64,000 bases of DNA from an uncultured delta proteobacterium. Lineage in GTDB: Bacteria; Desulfobacterota; Binatia; HRBIN30; BPIQ01. Under the pieces are notes generated by a model. The model saw only the letters and a program-made list of their open reading frames with translations, was not told where the DNA came from and did not search any database. Location of the stretch: assembly GCA_963761335.1 (NCBI GenBank), contig CAVXGR010000015.1, positions 224,001 to 288,000 of the forward strand. The letters run 5' to 3'. Each line of letters starts with the position of its first letter. Within the stretch, counting starts at the first letter, position 1. Positions 19,575 through 28,672 of this stretch are shown in pieces. Position numbers and translations under genes: made by a program.

Positions 19575-20575
19575 AGGCGATCGCGGGCCGGGCCCTCTTC
19601 GGCGCCGTGCTGCTCCTGCTCGCCGGCTGCCAGGAGCCGTTGCGGGTGCCCTACATTCCGGCGGAGCTGCACGGCTGGCCGCGGCCCTATCGGGGTGTCT
19701 CCGGCATCGAGGTCCACGTCCTCGATACCGGCACTCTGCGGGTGCGCGAGGGCCTGTTGTTCCGCGGCGGCTCGATGATGAAGGTGCGCTCGCTCGAGTC
19801 GCTGGTCTTTCTGATCCATCATCCCCGCCACGGCTGGATCGCCGTGGACACCGGGCTCGATCCGGCCCTGAACGACGACGCCGTCGCTTCGCGGCAACTG
19901 GGCACGGTCCTCGCCCTGCTGCTGGACGTCGGCGTCGTCGACGGCGGCATTCGCGGCGCCATGCAGCGCGCTGGCCTTCACCCCGAGCGGGTGAAGACGG
20001 TGATCCTCTCCGATCTGCATCTCGATCACGCCGGTGGCCTCGACGTCTTCCCGCAGGCGCGCGTGGTCGTCTCCCGGCGCGAGGTGGAGCAGGCCGCGCA
20101 GGGCGGCTTCGGCTACGCGCCTCCCGACCCCGAGGAGACGGGTCATTGGAAGCAGATCGACTTTCGCAGTGACACGCCGCTCGGCACCTTCCCTCGCCAC
20201 CTCGATCTCTTCGGTGACGGCAGCGTCGAGCTCATCGACGTCGCCGGACACTCCGCCGGCAGCATCGCCGTCCTTGTGCGCGCCGCGCCGCGGCCCATTC
20301 TCATCGCCGGCGACCTGGTCGCGGTGGCCAGCGGGTTGCGCGACCCGGCAGCGCCGGCCGCGGCCTGGAACGTCGAGAGGCAGTGGGAGTCTCTGTGGCG
20401 CCTGAAGAAGCTGATGCAGCTGGTTCCCGATCTCATCGTGCTGCCCGGTCACGACCTCGAGGCGGCGGCGGAGGTGCAGTCCGGGGAGGTAGTCGTGCAC
20501 GAGGAAGAGGAGCCGGCTCCGGAGCCTTCGCCGACTGCGGAGCGCCAGCGCTGGCGACCGGCACCGCTGCAGTGA
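19571..20575 (+). CDS. N-acyl homoserine lactonase-like MBL-fold lipoprotein
   Basis: LAGC lipobox; VDTG; SDLHLDHAGG; DLFGDGSV; GHSAGS; AGD; PGHD. Confidence 0.82.
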   Translation: MKAIAGRALFGAVLLLLAGCQEPLRVPYIPAELHGWPRPYRGVSGIEVHVLDTGTLRVREGLLFRGGSMMKVRSLESLVFLIHHPRHGWIAVDTGLDPALNDDAVASRQLGTVLALLLDVGVVDGGIRGAMQRAGLHPERVKTVILSDLHLDHAGGLDVFPQARVVVSRREVEQAAQGGFGYAPPDPEETGHWKQIDFRSDTPLGTFPRHLDLFGDGSVELIDVAGHSAGSIAVLVRAAPRPILIAGDLVAVASGLRDPAAPAAAWNVERQWESLWRLKKLMQLVPDLIVLPGHDLEAAAEVQSGEVVVHEEEEPAPEPSPTAERQRWRPAPLQ

Positions 20576-20581
20576 TTGGCA

Positions 20582-20647
20582 CGAGGTGTTGGGTGTTGAG
20601 GTGTTGGCTGTTGGGGGGAAGATCCTCCCCAACACCCAACACCTCGC
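20582..20647. repeat. heptamer tandem repeats with inverted counterpart (hairpin)
   Basis: (GTGTTG[G/A])n ... (CCAACAC)2CTCG. Confidence 0.8.
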
Positions 20648-20692
20648 GTTCCGGTTGACTCGAAGCGGCTCGGAGTGCCTGATTGCGGCGTC

Positions 20693-21949
20693 ATGATTGA
20701 GGCGCGCGGCAACGGGGCGGGACCTCGCCGCCTGGGCCTGGTCCTTTCCGGAGGGGGCGCTCGCGGCGCCTATGAGGCCGGCGTTCTGTCGTACATCTTC
20801 GGCGATTTCACGCAGCGGCTCGGTCGCCGGGTGCACTTCGACATCGTCACCGGAACCAGTGTCGGCGCCATTCACGCGTGTTATGTGGCGGCCTCGCAGG
20901 ATGACGAGGGAGCCAGTGAGCGGCTCGCGGACATCTGGCGATCCCTGAGCCTGGAGGAGGTGTACCGCGTCGGCGCCAGCGACCTGCTGCGCGTGCCCAT
21001 CCGCCTGCTCGGCTTCGGGCGCATGGGCGAGATCACCGGCGGCCCAACCGCGGACAGCCCGGAGAGGATCGAGGGGCTCTTCGACACCAGTCGCCTGGAG
21101 GAGCTGGTGCTCGGGCGCATTCCCTGGAAGCAGCTCCGCCGCAATCTCGAGTCGGGGTCACTCGAGGCGCTGGCGGTTGCCGCGACCGAGATCGCCACCG
21201 GCCGCTCGATCGTATTCATCGACAGCCGCCTGGAGGCGCCGGCGTGGCCGCGCGATCCGTTCATTGTCGCCCATCCGACGCGCATCCGTCCGGAGCACGC
21301 CCTCGCCTCGGCGGCCATTCCGCTCCTGTTTCCCGCCATCCGCATCGGCGGCGCCTATTACTGCGACGGCGGTCTGCGGCTGAACACACCGCTGGCGCCG
21401 GCGCTGCGCCTCGGCGCCGATCGGGTGATGGTGGTCGGTCTTCGCCACCCGTCGACGCGCGCCGAAGAAGACCGGCTGGCCCGCCGCCGGGAGACGAACT
21501 ACTCGAGCCTCACCTATCTCGCCGGCAAGGTGCTCAACGCCTTGCTCCTCGACCGCATCGAGTACGACGTCGACCGCCTCGAGCTCTTCAACGCCATCCT
21601 CGAATCGGGGGTGCGCAGCTATGGGCCCGGCTTCATCGAGCGCATCAACGAGCCGATCACCGCCCTGCGCAACACGCCCTACCGCATTGTCCGCAAAGCG
21701 TTCCTGCGGCCCTCGGAGGATCTCGGCGTGATCGCCTCCGAGTGCCTGCACACGCAGCCGCCGACCCAGGGGATCCGCGATTGGTTCAGCCGCAACATCG
21801 CCCGCTACACGGCCCGCGGCGCTCTCGGTGAGGCCGATCTGCTCTCGTATCTGTTCTTCGACCGCTGCTACGCCGAGCGCCTGCTCGACCTCGGCCGCCG
21901 CGACGCCGAGAACGCCACCGACGAGCTGCTGGAGTTCTTCGGCGAGTAG
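20693..21949 (+). CDS. patatin-like phospholipase
   Basis: GGGARG, GTSVG, ASAAIP, DGG motifs. Confidence 0.92.
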   Translation: MIEARGNGAGPRRLGLVLSGGGARGAYEAGVLSYIFGDFTQRLGRRVHFDIVTGTSVGAIHACYVAASQDDEGASERLADIWRSLSLEEVYRVGASDLLRVPIRLLGFGRMGEITGGPTADSPERIEGLFDTSRLEELVLGRIPWKQLRRNLESGSLEALAVAATEIATGRSIVFIDSRLEAPAWPRDPFIVAHPTRIRPEHALASAAIPLLFPAIRIGGAYYCDGGLRLNTPLAPALRLGADRVMVVGLRHPSTRAEEDRLARRRETNYSSLTYLAGKVLNALLLDRIEYDVDRLELFNAILESGVRSYGPGFIERINEPITALRNTPYRIVRKAFLRPSEDLGVIASECLHTQPPTQGIRDWFSRNIARYTARGALGEADLLSYLFFDRCYAERLLDLGRRDAENATDELLEFFGE

Positions 21950-22012
21950 TTCCCGAAGCCTGCCGGCGCAAGAGTTGGCAGGGCGTTACCCTCTGCTATG
22001 CTGTCCCCGCCA

Positions 22013-22789
22013 ATGGCCGATCAGCACTTCCTGATGCGCTGGCTGGGGCGATACTCCCCGGGGGTACGGCTCGCCGTCGAGCGCGGTGTCGCCTCGGGCG
22101 TCGTCAGCGAGTATGCCTATCGCAACGTACCCGCCGGAAAGGGGCCGGTCGGCCGCGCCATCGATCGCCGCTTCCTGTCTCTGCAGCCGTGGCGGGATCT
22201 GCGCGAGCAGGCGTCGGTGACCAAAGGGCTGGTGCGGCTGGTGGTCGCCGAGCGGCGCTCGCAGGGTCTGCCGACCACCGTGCTCGACGTCGCCGCCGGC
22301 TCGGCACCGTATCTCCGCGAGTTGGTCTCCGAGATCGGCGACGGCAGCCTGTCGATCCACTGCTTCGACCGCAACGCCTTCGCCGTGTCGCTCGGCCGCC
22401 AGCAGGCGGCTCTGGAGAGTCTTTCGAACATCCAATTCGCCGTCGGCGACGTCCTCGATTCTTCCAGCTATCTGGTTCCTCTGAACCCCGACCTGCTGCT
22501 CGCCATCGGTCTCTTCGCGCATCTGCGCAGCGACGCCGAAGTCAGGACGGTGATCCAGCTGGCCTACGAGTCGGTCGCTCCGGGCGGTTACTTCGTCGCC
22601 ACCTGCACGAGGTCGCCGGCCTCCCGTCTCAGTGGCTGGGCGACGCGCGCTCTCGGTGCCAACACCGTCTTTCGGCCGCGGGCCGCGATTTCCGCGTGGC
22701 TCGTCGAGGCGGGCTTCACCGACGTCAGCCGGCGCTTCGTCGAGACGGCGCAGAGCGCCGTCGTCGGGCAGAAGGCGCCGGCGGGGTAG
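22013..22789 (+). CDS. SAM-dependent methyltransferase resembling the YnbC C-terminal domain
   Basis: YRN.P.GKGPVGR.IDR.FL; VLDVAAGS; GLF. Confidence 0.7.
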   Translation: MADQHFLMRWLGRYSPGVRLAVERGVASGVVSEYAYRNVPAGKGPVGRAIDRRFLSLQPWRDLREQASVTKGLVRLVVAERRSQGLPTTVLDVAAGSAPYLRELVSEIGDGSLSIHCFDRNAFAVSLGRQQAALESLSNIQFAVGDVLDSSSYLVPLNPDLLLAIGLFAHLRSDAEVRTVIQLAYESVAPGGYFVATCTRSPASRLSGWATRALGANTVFRPRAAISAWLVEAGFTDVSRRFVETAQSAVVGQKAPAG

Positions 22790-22831
22790 GGACTGTTCAG
22801 GAGCCCGGCTCGATGACGCTCGGCCTCCGGC

Positions 22832-23071
22832 TCACGCCACGATCCTCAATGGCTCTCCGCGATTGTGCAGAATAACCAGTTGATCTCTCCGCAGTGCGAG
22901 CTCGGCATATGTCTGCCCGTTGTCGTCGCTGAATTCCACCTCGTAGACGCCTGGTGCGAGAATCTCGACGACCGTGCCGACCTCCCCGCGTTTGAGCTTG
23001 CGTTCCGGAAGGTCTTCAAGTAGCGCAACCGTGTCCAGCAGCTTGATGCTTCTCCTTCGTTGGGCCATCAC
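22832..23071 (-). CDS. DUF4926 domain protein
   Basis: LLDTVALLEDLP..L.RGEVGTVVE......YEVEFSD.NGQTYA. Confidence 0.88.
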   Translation of the reverse strand: MMAQRRRSIKLLDTVALLEDLPERKLKRGEVGTVVEILAPGVYEVEFSDDNGQTYAELALRRDQLVILHNRGEPLRIVA

Positions 23072-23412
23072 CGTTTCCTCTGCTTCACGTAGCAGGTCGT
23101 CAAGCGCGGGACCTTCTTACCATGGATGACGATCCAGCCGCTACGAACGGTTGCCGTTCCACGCGGTGTCACCATCGTGAAATCGATTGTGTACCTCTGA
23201 CCGTAGACGTCCAGTTCACCGACCTTCGCATCCCCGGTCCGCGCGATTTCCAGCAGCCTGGCCCGCAGCTTTGGAGCATCGGCAGGCGTCAAACGGAGCG
23301 CTGCGGCAAAGGCACGCGCCTTGTGCCGTCCCCGGGGGCTATCTGGATTCAGGCAGTAATCGGACAGCTTTCGAAGGTCGACGATTGCCCGTTCTCCATT
23401 TGGAAGCCTTAC
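23068..23412 (-). CDS. DUF6883 domain protein (putative toxin) lacking a canonical start codon
   Basis: (V)RLPNGERAIVDLRKLSDYCLNP...GRHKARAF...YGQRY...VRSGWI...PRLTTCYV; first codon GTA, in-frame TAG just upstream. Confidence 0.75.
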   Translation of the reverse strand, partial: VRLPNGERAIVDLRKLSDYCLNPDSPRGRHKARAFAAALRLTPADAPKLRARLLEIARTGDAKVGELDVYGQRYTIDFTMVTPRGTATVRSGWIVIHGKKVPRLTTCYVKQRKR

Positions 23413-23501
23413 GACGGGAAACTACGGTAGCCCTGCTCACGGAGCAACCGTTGCCCTGGACCAGATGGGCGTACTGGCCCGCTGCAACGCCTTGATAAGT
23501 G

Positions 23502-24023
23502 TTACCCAGCTCTCCGTGGTTTCACACGAATCCGTTTCCCTCCCTTGAGAAAGCCGCGCTGCTCGGTGAGTTGTCGCAAGAGTGCGGTCTTCTCTTCGAA
23601 CCTGATACTGCCCCCGGGATGCTCGACCAGTTCTTGAGCGAGCTTGAGCCCTTCGACAAGGTTTGCGATTGCCGACTCGTAGGCCTGCGCGAAGAACGTG
23701 TGCGCGAAAATTGGCCGCTCTTTTTCGCCAAGCCACTCGATGACGTCGCCGGCTCGTTTCGCCCGAGAGAAAAGAACTGCCTCAATGAGGCGCAAGGCGA
23801 GAACGAGCGCCTAGACGGAATCTTCTCCTGCGGCCGCATCAATCTTAGGCCGTCCTAGACCAATAATCTCGAACGGACACCACCAGGGATCGCGGGGCGT
23901 CGCGCTCGGCTGGCGCACCGGCTGACCAATCCTCACGACAACCTGCCGACGCCGACCCCGGTGGGGTTTGAAAGACAGCCGGCGGGACGCGACCTCAAGT
24001 CCAAGCTCGATCGGTTTCCACAT
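23502..24023 (-). pseudogene. DUF6968-like protein interrupted by in-frame TAG
   Basis: ORFs 23811-24056 and 23502-23795 are in frame: WWCPFEIIG..GEDSV*ALVLAL; TAG at 23811-23813. Confidence 0.72.
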
Positions 24024-24140
24024 GCGATCAGTAATTCGGCGGTGAGCTCGCCCCACTGACTATTATCCGATCACTGATGAACGACCCGATCGCGCATGAT
24101 CCGATGTCTACCACACTGGCCGGATGAGCGAGAAGGAGGA

Positions 24141-24163
24141 AAACGCGAAGGCGCAAAGGCGCA
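24141..24163. repeat. 9-bp-period CGCAAAG/CGCGAAG repeat, family D
   Basis: AAACGCGAAGGCGCAAAGGCGCA; inverted relative at 32835. Confidence 0.55.
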
Positions 24164-24239
24164 TCACCGTCTGGGCGCGGCCAAGGCCAGTGCCTCCACC
24201 GCGACAATTTCTCGTGTGGGATCGTTTTCGGAGGCAGGA

Positions 24240-24656
24240 TCAGAGCCGCCGAAACTTCGGAAGAGTGACCTCTTCCGAGACCTGCTCGAAGACCACCTGC
24301 ACCGGCATGCCGATGCGCACTTCGTGGAGGGGCACACCCACCAGGTTGGAGATCATTCGCGGCCCTTCCTCGAGCTGCACGAGAGCCACGGCGTACGGCG
24401 CCTCAGCGGCGAAGCCGGGGTGATACACCTGGTGCATGACGTTGAAGCTGAAGACTTCGCCGCGCCCGCTGACCGGCACCCACTCGCTGTCGCGCGAGAG
24501 GCAGTGCGAGCAGATCTCGCGCGCCGGGAAGCGCAGGCGGCCGCAGCTGTGGCAGCGCTGCACCACCAGCTGATGCCGGCGCGCCGCCTCGAAGAAAGGC
24601 CGCGTCTCGGCGGTGATCGAGGGAACGGGCTTGGCGGTCGGGGCGGCGTCGCTCAT
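24240..24656 (-). CDS. DUF35 Zn-ribbon/OB-fold protein
   Basis: QRCHSCG..FP.R.IC.HC; SGRGEVFSF; VQLEEGPRM; LPKF. Confidence 0.92.
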   Translation of the reverse strand: MSDAAPTAKPVPSITAETRPFFEAARRHQLVVQRCHSCGRLRFPAREICSHCLSRDSEWVPVSGRGEVFSFNVMHQVYHPGFAAEAPYAVALVQLEEGPRMISNLVGVPLHEVRIGMPVQVVFEQVSEEVTLPKFRRL

Positions 24657-24669
24657 CTCTCGGTGGACC

Positions 24670-25857
24670 TCAGGCGGCCTGGTTGCTGAGAATCAGCGTC
24701 GAGTGGGTGGAGAGGATGCCGCCGTTGCCGCTCACCAGAGCCGTTCGTGCCGCCGGCACCTGCCGCTTGCCGCCGTCGCCGCGCAGCTGGATCACCGCCT
24801 CGGAGATCGGGGTCATCCCCCACATGTAGAACGACGAGAGCTGCCCGCCGCCGGTGTTGACCGGCAGAGCCCCGCCGGGAGCGAGCTTGCCGTCGGCGAC
24901 GAAGGCGCCGCCCTCGCCCTTGTTGCAGAAGCCGTAGTCTTCCAGGCAGACGAGGACGGTGAAGGTGTAGCAGTCGTAGAGCTCGACGACGTCGATATCG
25001 GTGAGTGTCACGTCTGCCATGCGCAAGGCGTGCTCCTTGGCGAGCCCGGCGCCGGAGGCCAGAGTCTCGACCGGATCTCCCCCGGGATGCCCCTGCCCCA
25101 TGCCCCAGACGTGGACCGGCGGTCGCCTGCAGTCAGCGGCGCGCTCGGCCGAGGTGACGATGACGGCGATGCCGCCGTTCGACACCAAGCAGCAGTCGAA
25201 GAGGTGAAACGGCTCGACGATCCAGCGCGACTGGCGGTAGTCGTCGAGCGACATGGGAGTGTCGCAGAACTGCGCCGCCGGATTGAGGTTGGCCCACTGC
25301 CTCTCGGCGACGGCGATGGCGCCGAAGTGGTCGTTGGTGGTGCCGAAGAGGTGCATGTGGCGGCGCGCCACCATGGCGTACATGGCGTTGACCCCGAACT
25401 GCCCGTAGGCGGCGTCGAGGCCGCGGGCGAAGGCATAGGCACCCGCCGAGCCGCCGCCGCCTTTGCTCTCCGCCTTCGGCCGGGGCGGCTTCAGCGGCGC
25501 GTCCGAGAAGACGCAGGCGACGCTGCGGCAGACGCCGGCGGCGATGGCCTCGACGGCTTGCTGCACCATGATCGCGGCGGTGGCGCCGCCGGCGTTCATG
25601 GTCGCCGACATGTGCAGGTTGCGCAGCCCGAGAGCCTGCTGCAGCTGGAACGAGCCCATGCCCTGGTCGTTCCACGACAGGCCCGGGTTGAGCAGCAGGC
25701 CATCGAGGTCGTGGCGCTCCATTCCGGCGTCCTCGAGGGCGAGGCGCACAGCTTCGACCGCGAAGCCGATGTGATTGCGGTCGTAGACTTTCCCCTGCGG
25801 AGTGATTCCCAGGCCGGCAATCGCGCATCGGCCCTTCAGATTCGCGCTGTTCGCCAC
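24670..25857 (-). CDS. SCP-x/Ltp2-like thiolase-fold protein
   Basis: AIAGLG; NPAAQF; DCCLVSNGG; ELYDCYT; PVNTGGGQLS.FY. Confidence 0.88.
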   Translation of the reverse strand: MANSANLKGRCAIAGLGITPQGKVYDRNHIGFAVEAVRLALEDAGMERHDLDGLLLNPGLSWNDQGMGSFQLQQALGLRNLHMSATMNAGGATAAIMVQQAVEAIAAGVCRSVACVFSDAPLKPPRPKAESKGGGGSAGAYAFARGLDAAYGQFGVNAMYAMVARRHMHLFGTTNDHFGAIAVAERQWANLNPAAQFCDTPMSLDDYRQSRWIVEPFHLFDCCLVSNGGIAVIVTSAERAADCRRPPVHVWGMGQGHPGGDPVETLASGAGLAKEHALRMADVTLTDIDVVELYDCYTFTVLVCLEDYGFCNKGEGGAFVADGKLAPGGALPVNTGGGQLSSFYMWGMTPISEAVIQLRGDGGKRQVPAARTALVSGNGGILSTHSTLILSNQAA

Positions 25858-26037
25858 CGAGACTGGATACGCGGCGGCGCGCCGGGGCGCAAGACGGAGA
25901 GCGCGCTCCGGTAAAGACGGCGCGGCAAGTGGCCCTCACGCGACCCGGCTACTGATCCCCTGCGCCCGATTTGCTGCCCCGGTTGCCGGGAGTCGCGGCC
26001 GACGGCTATGGTCGGGGCGCGGCAGAGAGGAACGGGC

Positions 26038-27057
26038 ATGGCAATCCTACGCGCGGAAGAGCTGACCTACACCAAGGTGCGCGCCCTCGACTTCGGGCGT
26101 ACCATCTGTTTCCTGCCGGTGAGCGCCCTCGAGGTGCACGGGCCGCACCTGCCGCTGGGGATGGACTTCTTCATGGCGCGCTGGATGGCGGAAGAGACCG
26201 GCCGGCGATTCGCCGAGGCACATCCCGGTTGGACCGTGGTGCAGTACCCGCCGCTGCCGCTCGGAACTGACGAGCTTCCGCTGGCGGGGTCCATGAACGC
26301 CGATCAGCGCACCGTCTACGGCGCCGTGCGTGCCCACGGTGAATCACTGGCGCGCGCCGGCTTCCGCTACGTGGTGGTCACCAACGGCCACGGGGGACCG
26401 CGACACGCGGCGGCGCTCGAGGCCGCCTGCCGGCACCTCAGCAAGCGCCGCGGCGTTCACATGTTCAGCCCGTCGATCGCCGCTCTGCACGCCATCATCA
26501 GCGGGCAGAAGTTCGAGCAGATCGAAGAGGTGCTGCAGCGCTCGCTGACCGACGAGGAGCGTTCCGGGCTCGTCGGCGGCGAGCACGCGGGCGGCTGGGA
26601 GACGTCATTCATGCTGGTGCAACAACCGGAGCTCATCGAGCCGGAGTGGCGCCGGCTGGGTCACGACTCGCCGCCGCCTTTCGCGCCGCTGCAGAGGGCG
26701 GCCGACGCCATCACCGGATGGATGGGGCGGCGCGGTCGCGACGTCACTCATCTGCGCGAGATCAGCGGCGGCCTCGCCGAAGGCATCGGTTGGCTGCTGA
26801 ATGCGCACTTCGGTTACGGTGGCGCCAGCGTCAGCTACCACGGTAACCCGTCGCTCGCTTCGCCCGAAATGGGGCAGGCCTTTCGCGAGGTCATGGTGCG
26901 CGAATGCCTGGCGCACGTGGAGGCGGTCACCTCGGGAAGGACCCCGGCGACGGCCGTGCGCAGCATTGCCTCCGATCCCGCCATCATCCAGCCGCGGTTC
27001 TGGTCGCGGCTCGGCCTGGCCGCGGTCGCCGTGATTCTCGCCTTCCTGATCTTCTGA
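26038..27057 (+). CDS. creatininase/MftE family amidohydrolase
   Basis: LEVHGPHLPLGMD, NGHGG, EHAGGWETS. Confidence 0.88.
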   Translation: MAILRAEELTYTKVRALDFGRTICFLPVSALEVHGPHLPLGMDFFMARWMAEETGRRFAEAHPGWTVVQYPPLPLGTDELPLAGSMNADQRTVYGAVRAHGESLARAGFRYVVVTNGHGGPRHAAALEAACRHLSKRRGVHMFSPSIAALHAIISGQKFEQIEEVLQRSLTDEERSGLVGGEHAGGWETSFMLVQQPELIEPEWRRLGHDSPPPFAPLQRAADAITGWMGRRGRDVTHLREISGGLAEGIGWLLNAHFGYGGASVSYHGNPSLASPEMGQAFREVMVRECLAHVEAVTSGRTPATAVRSIASDPAIIQPRFWSRLGLAAVAVILAFLIF

Positions 27058-27222
27058 CCGGCTGCCGAACCGTTATCGAAGTGCGGCTCCAGGTTACAAT
27101 TCTGGCGAGCCGCCGCCTTGAAGTGACCTGCCGACGCCTTTCGTGCGGCATTTCAACTCGCATGTCGCTGGGGCACGGATCTTGATCGTCCCCGTCATTC
27201 TCACCCGGGGAGGAGAGAGCCG

Positions 27223-28659
27223 ATGACGGGACTGATGGCAATTGGACGGCGTTTCTCAGGGTTGCGCAGGGAGTCTCAAAACGACCTTCTGCGCAACAAG
27301 AAGGCGGCGGTGGTGACCTTGCGCTGGCTTCTGGTGATCGCCGCGTCCTATCTGATGCTCTTCACCGGTCCCGGTCGGCCGGGGTTGGCGGTGGCGACGG
27401 TCGCCGTCCTTCTGGTCGGGTCCAACGCCGTCATCGCCCGCCTGCCGGAGCAGCTGATCGCGTTGCCGGGATTCGATCTGCTGCTTCTGCTGCTGGATAC
27501 GACGCTGCTGTCCGTGGGCTTTTATCTGACGGACGCCATCGGCCCCGACTTCTACGTCCTCTACTTCTTCGTCGTCTTCGTCGCCGGAGTCAGCGAGCGG
27601 GTGACGCTGGTGGTCGCCGGCGCTCTGCTGGCTTGTCTCGGCTACCTCGCGGTCTCCGACTTCTCCCTCAACTCGCCGTCGATGAGCGCCAGCGCCCTGG
27701 CGCTGCGCGTCTTCTTCATCCTCGGTGTGGCGCTCTTCTACGGCTTCTTGGTGGAGCGCATCCGCCTGGATCGGGAAACGCGGCAGGCGGAGTACGTGTC
27801 GCGCCTCGAGGAGGTGAACGCTCGCCTGCGCGAGCTGGTGGAGATGAAGCAGTCGTTCGTCGGTGCCGTTTCCCACGAGCTGCGCACGCCGCTCAACGCC
27901 ATGCTCGGCTACATCGATCTGGTGCGCGAGGGCGCCGTCGGCGAGGTGAACGGCCCGGTGTGGTCGTACATCGACAAGGCCTATCGGCGTGGCCAGCACC
28001 TCCGCCATATGATCGAGGAGCTGCTGAGCTTCTCGACGCTGTCGCGGGGCGAGGCGCGGGCGCGCCGGCGGCAGACGGACATCGCCCGGCTGATGGGACG
28101 CATCCGCGACACCCTCGAGGCCACAGCGCGGGAGAAGGGGCTCGACCTGCGGTTCGATGTGCCGGAGGACATCGGCAGCATGTCGACCGACGCCGGCAAG
28201 CTGGTGCAGATCCTGCTGCATCTGGTGACCAACGCGATCAAGTTCACCGCCGCGGGTGAGGTGCGGGTGTCGGTGCGGCGCGCCGAGGTGCAGCACAACG
28301 GCGACGGCGCCGTCCCGGCGCTGGAGTTCGCGGTGCGCGACAGTGGTGCCGGGATCTCCCCCGAGAAGCAGGAGATCATCTTCGAGGACTTTCGTCAGGC
28401 GGACGGCTCCATGACCCGCCTCCACGGCGGCATCGGTCTGGGACTCGCCGTCTGCCAGGGCCTGGCGCGGGTGCTCGGGGGCGAGATCTCCCTGCAGAGC
28501 GCCGTCGGCAAGGGCACGACGGTGACCCTGTGCATTCCGACCGACCTGCCCCTCGGCGCGGATCAGGGTGCTGCGGACGGTGCCGACCAGGCCGGCGAGG
28601 AGATGCGGCTGGTCCCGCCTGCGGTCGAGAGCCGCCGGGAGATGGTCGCCAGCCGCTGA
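27223..28659 (+). CDS. membrane sensor histidine kinase
   Basis: ~6 TM; VSHELRTPLN; NAIKFT; GIGLGL. Confidence 0.92.
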   Translation: MTGLMAIGRRFSGLRRESQNDLLRNKKAAVVTLRWLLVIAASYLMLFTGPGRPGLAVATVAVLLVGSNAVIARLPEQLIALPGFDLLLLLLDTTLLSVGFYLTDAIGPDFYVLYFFVVFVAGVSERVTLVVAGALLACLGYLAVSDFSLNSPSMSASALALRVFFILGVALFYGFLVERIRLDRETRQAEYVSRLEEVNARLRELVEMKQSFVGAVSHELRTPLNAMLGYIDLVREGAVGEVNGPVWSYIDKAYRRGQHLRHMIEELLSFSTLSRGEARARRRQTDIARLMGRIRDTLEATAREKGLDLRFDVPEDIGSMSTDAGKLVQILLHLVTNAIKFTAAGEVRVSVRRAEVQHNGDGAVPALEFAVRDSGAGISPEKQEIIFEDFRQADGSMTRLHGGIGLGLAVCQGLARVLGGEISLQSAVGKGTTVTLCIPTDLPLGADQGAADGADQAGEEMRLVPPAVESRREMVASR

Positions 28660-28672
28660 GCTCCGGCGCGGA

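Noticed and set aside
23811..23813. Pyrrolysine or readthrough recoding of the TAG
   Set aside because: No pyl genes in view and other genes end in TAG; a nonsense mutation is simpler
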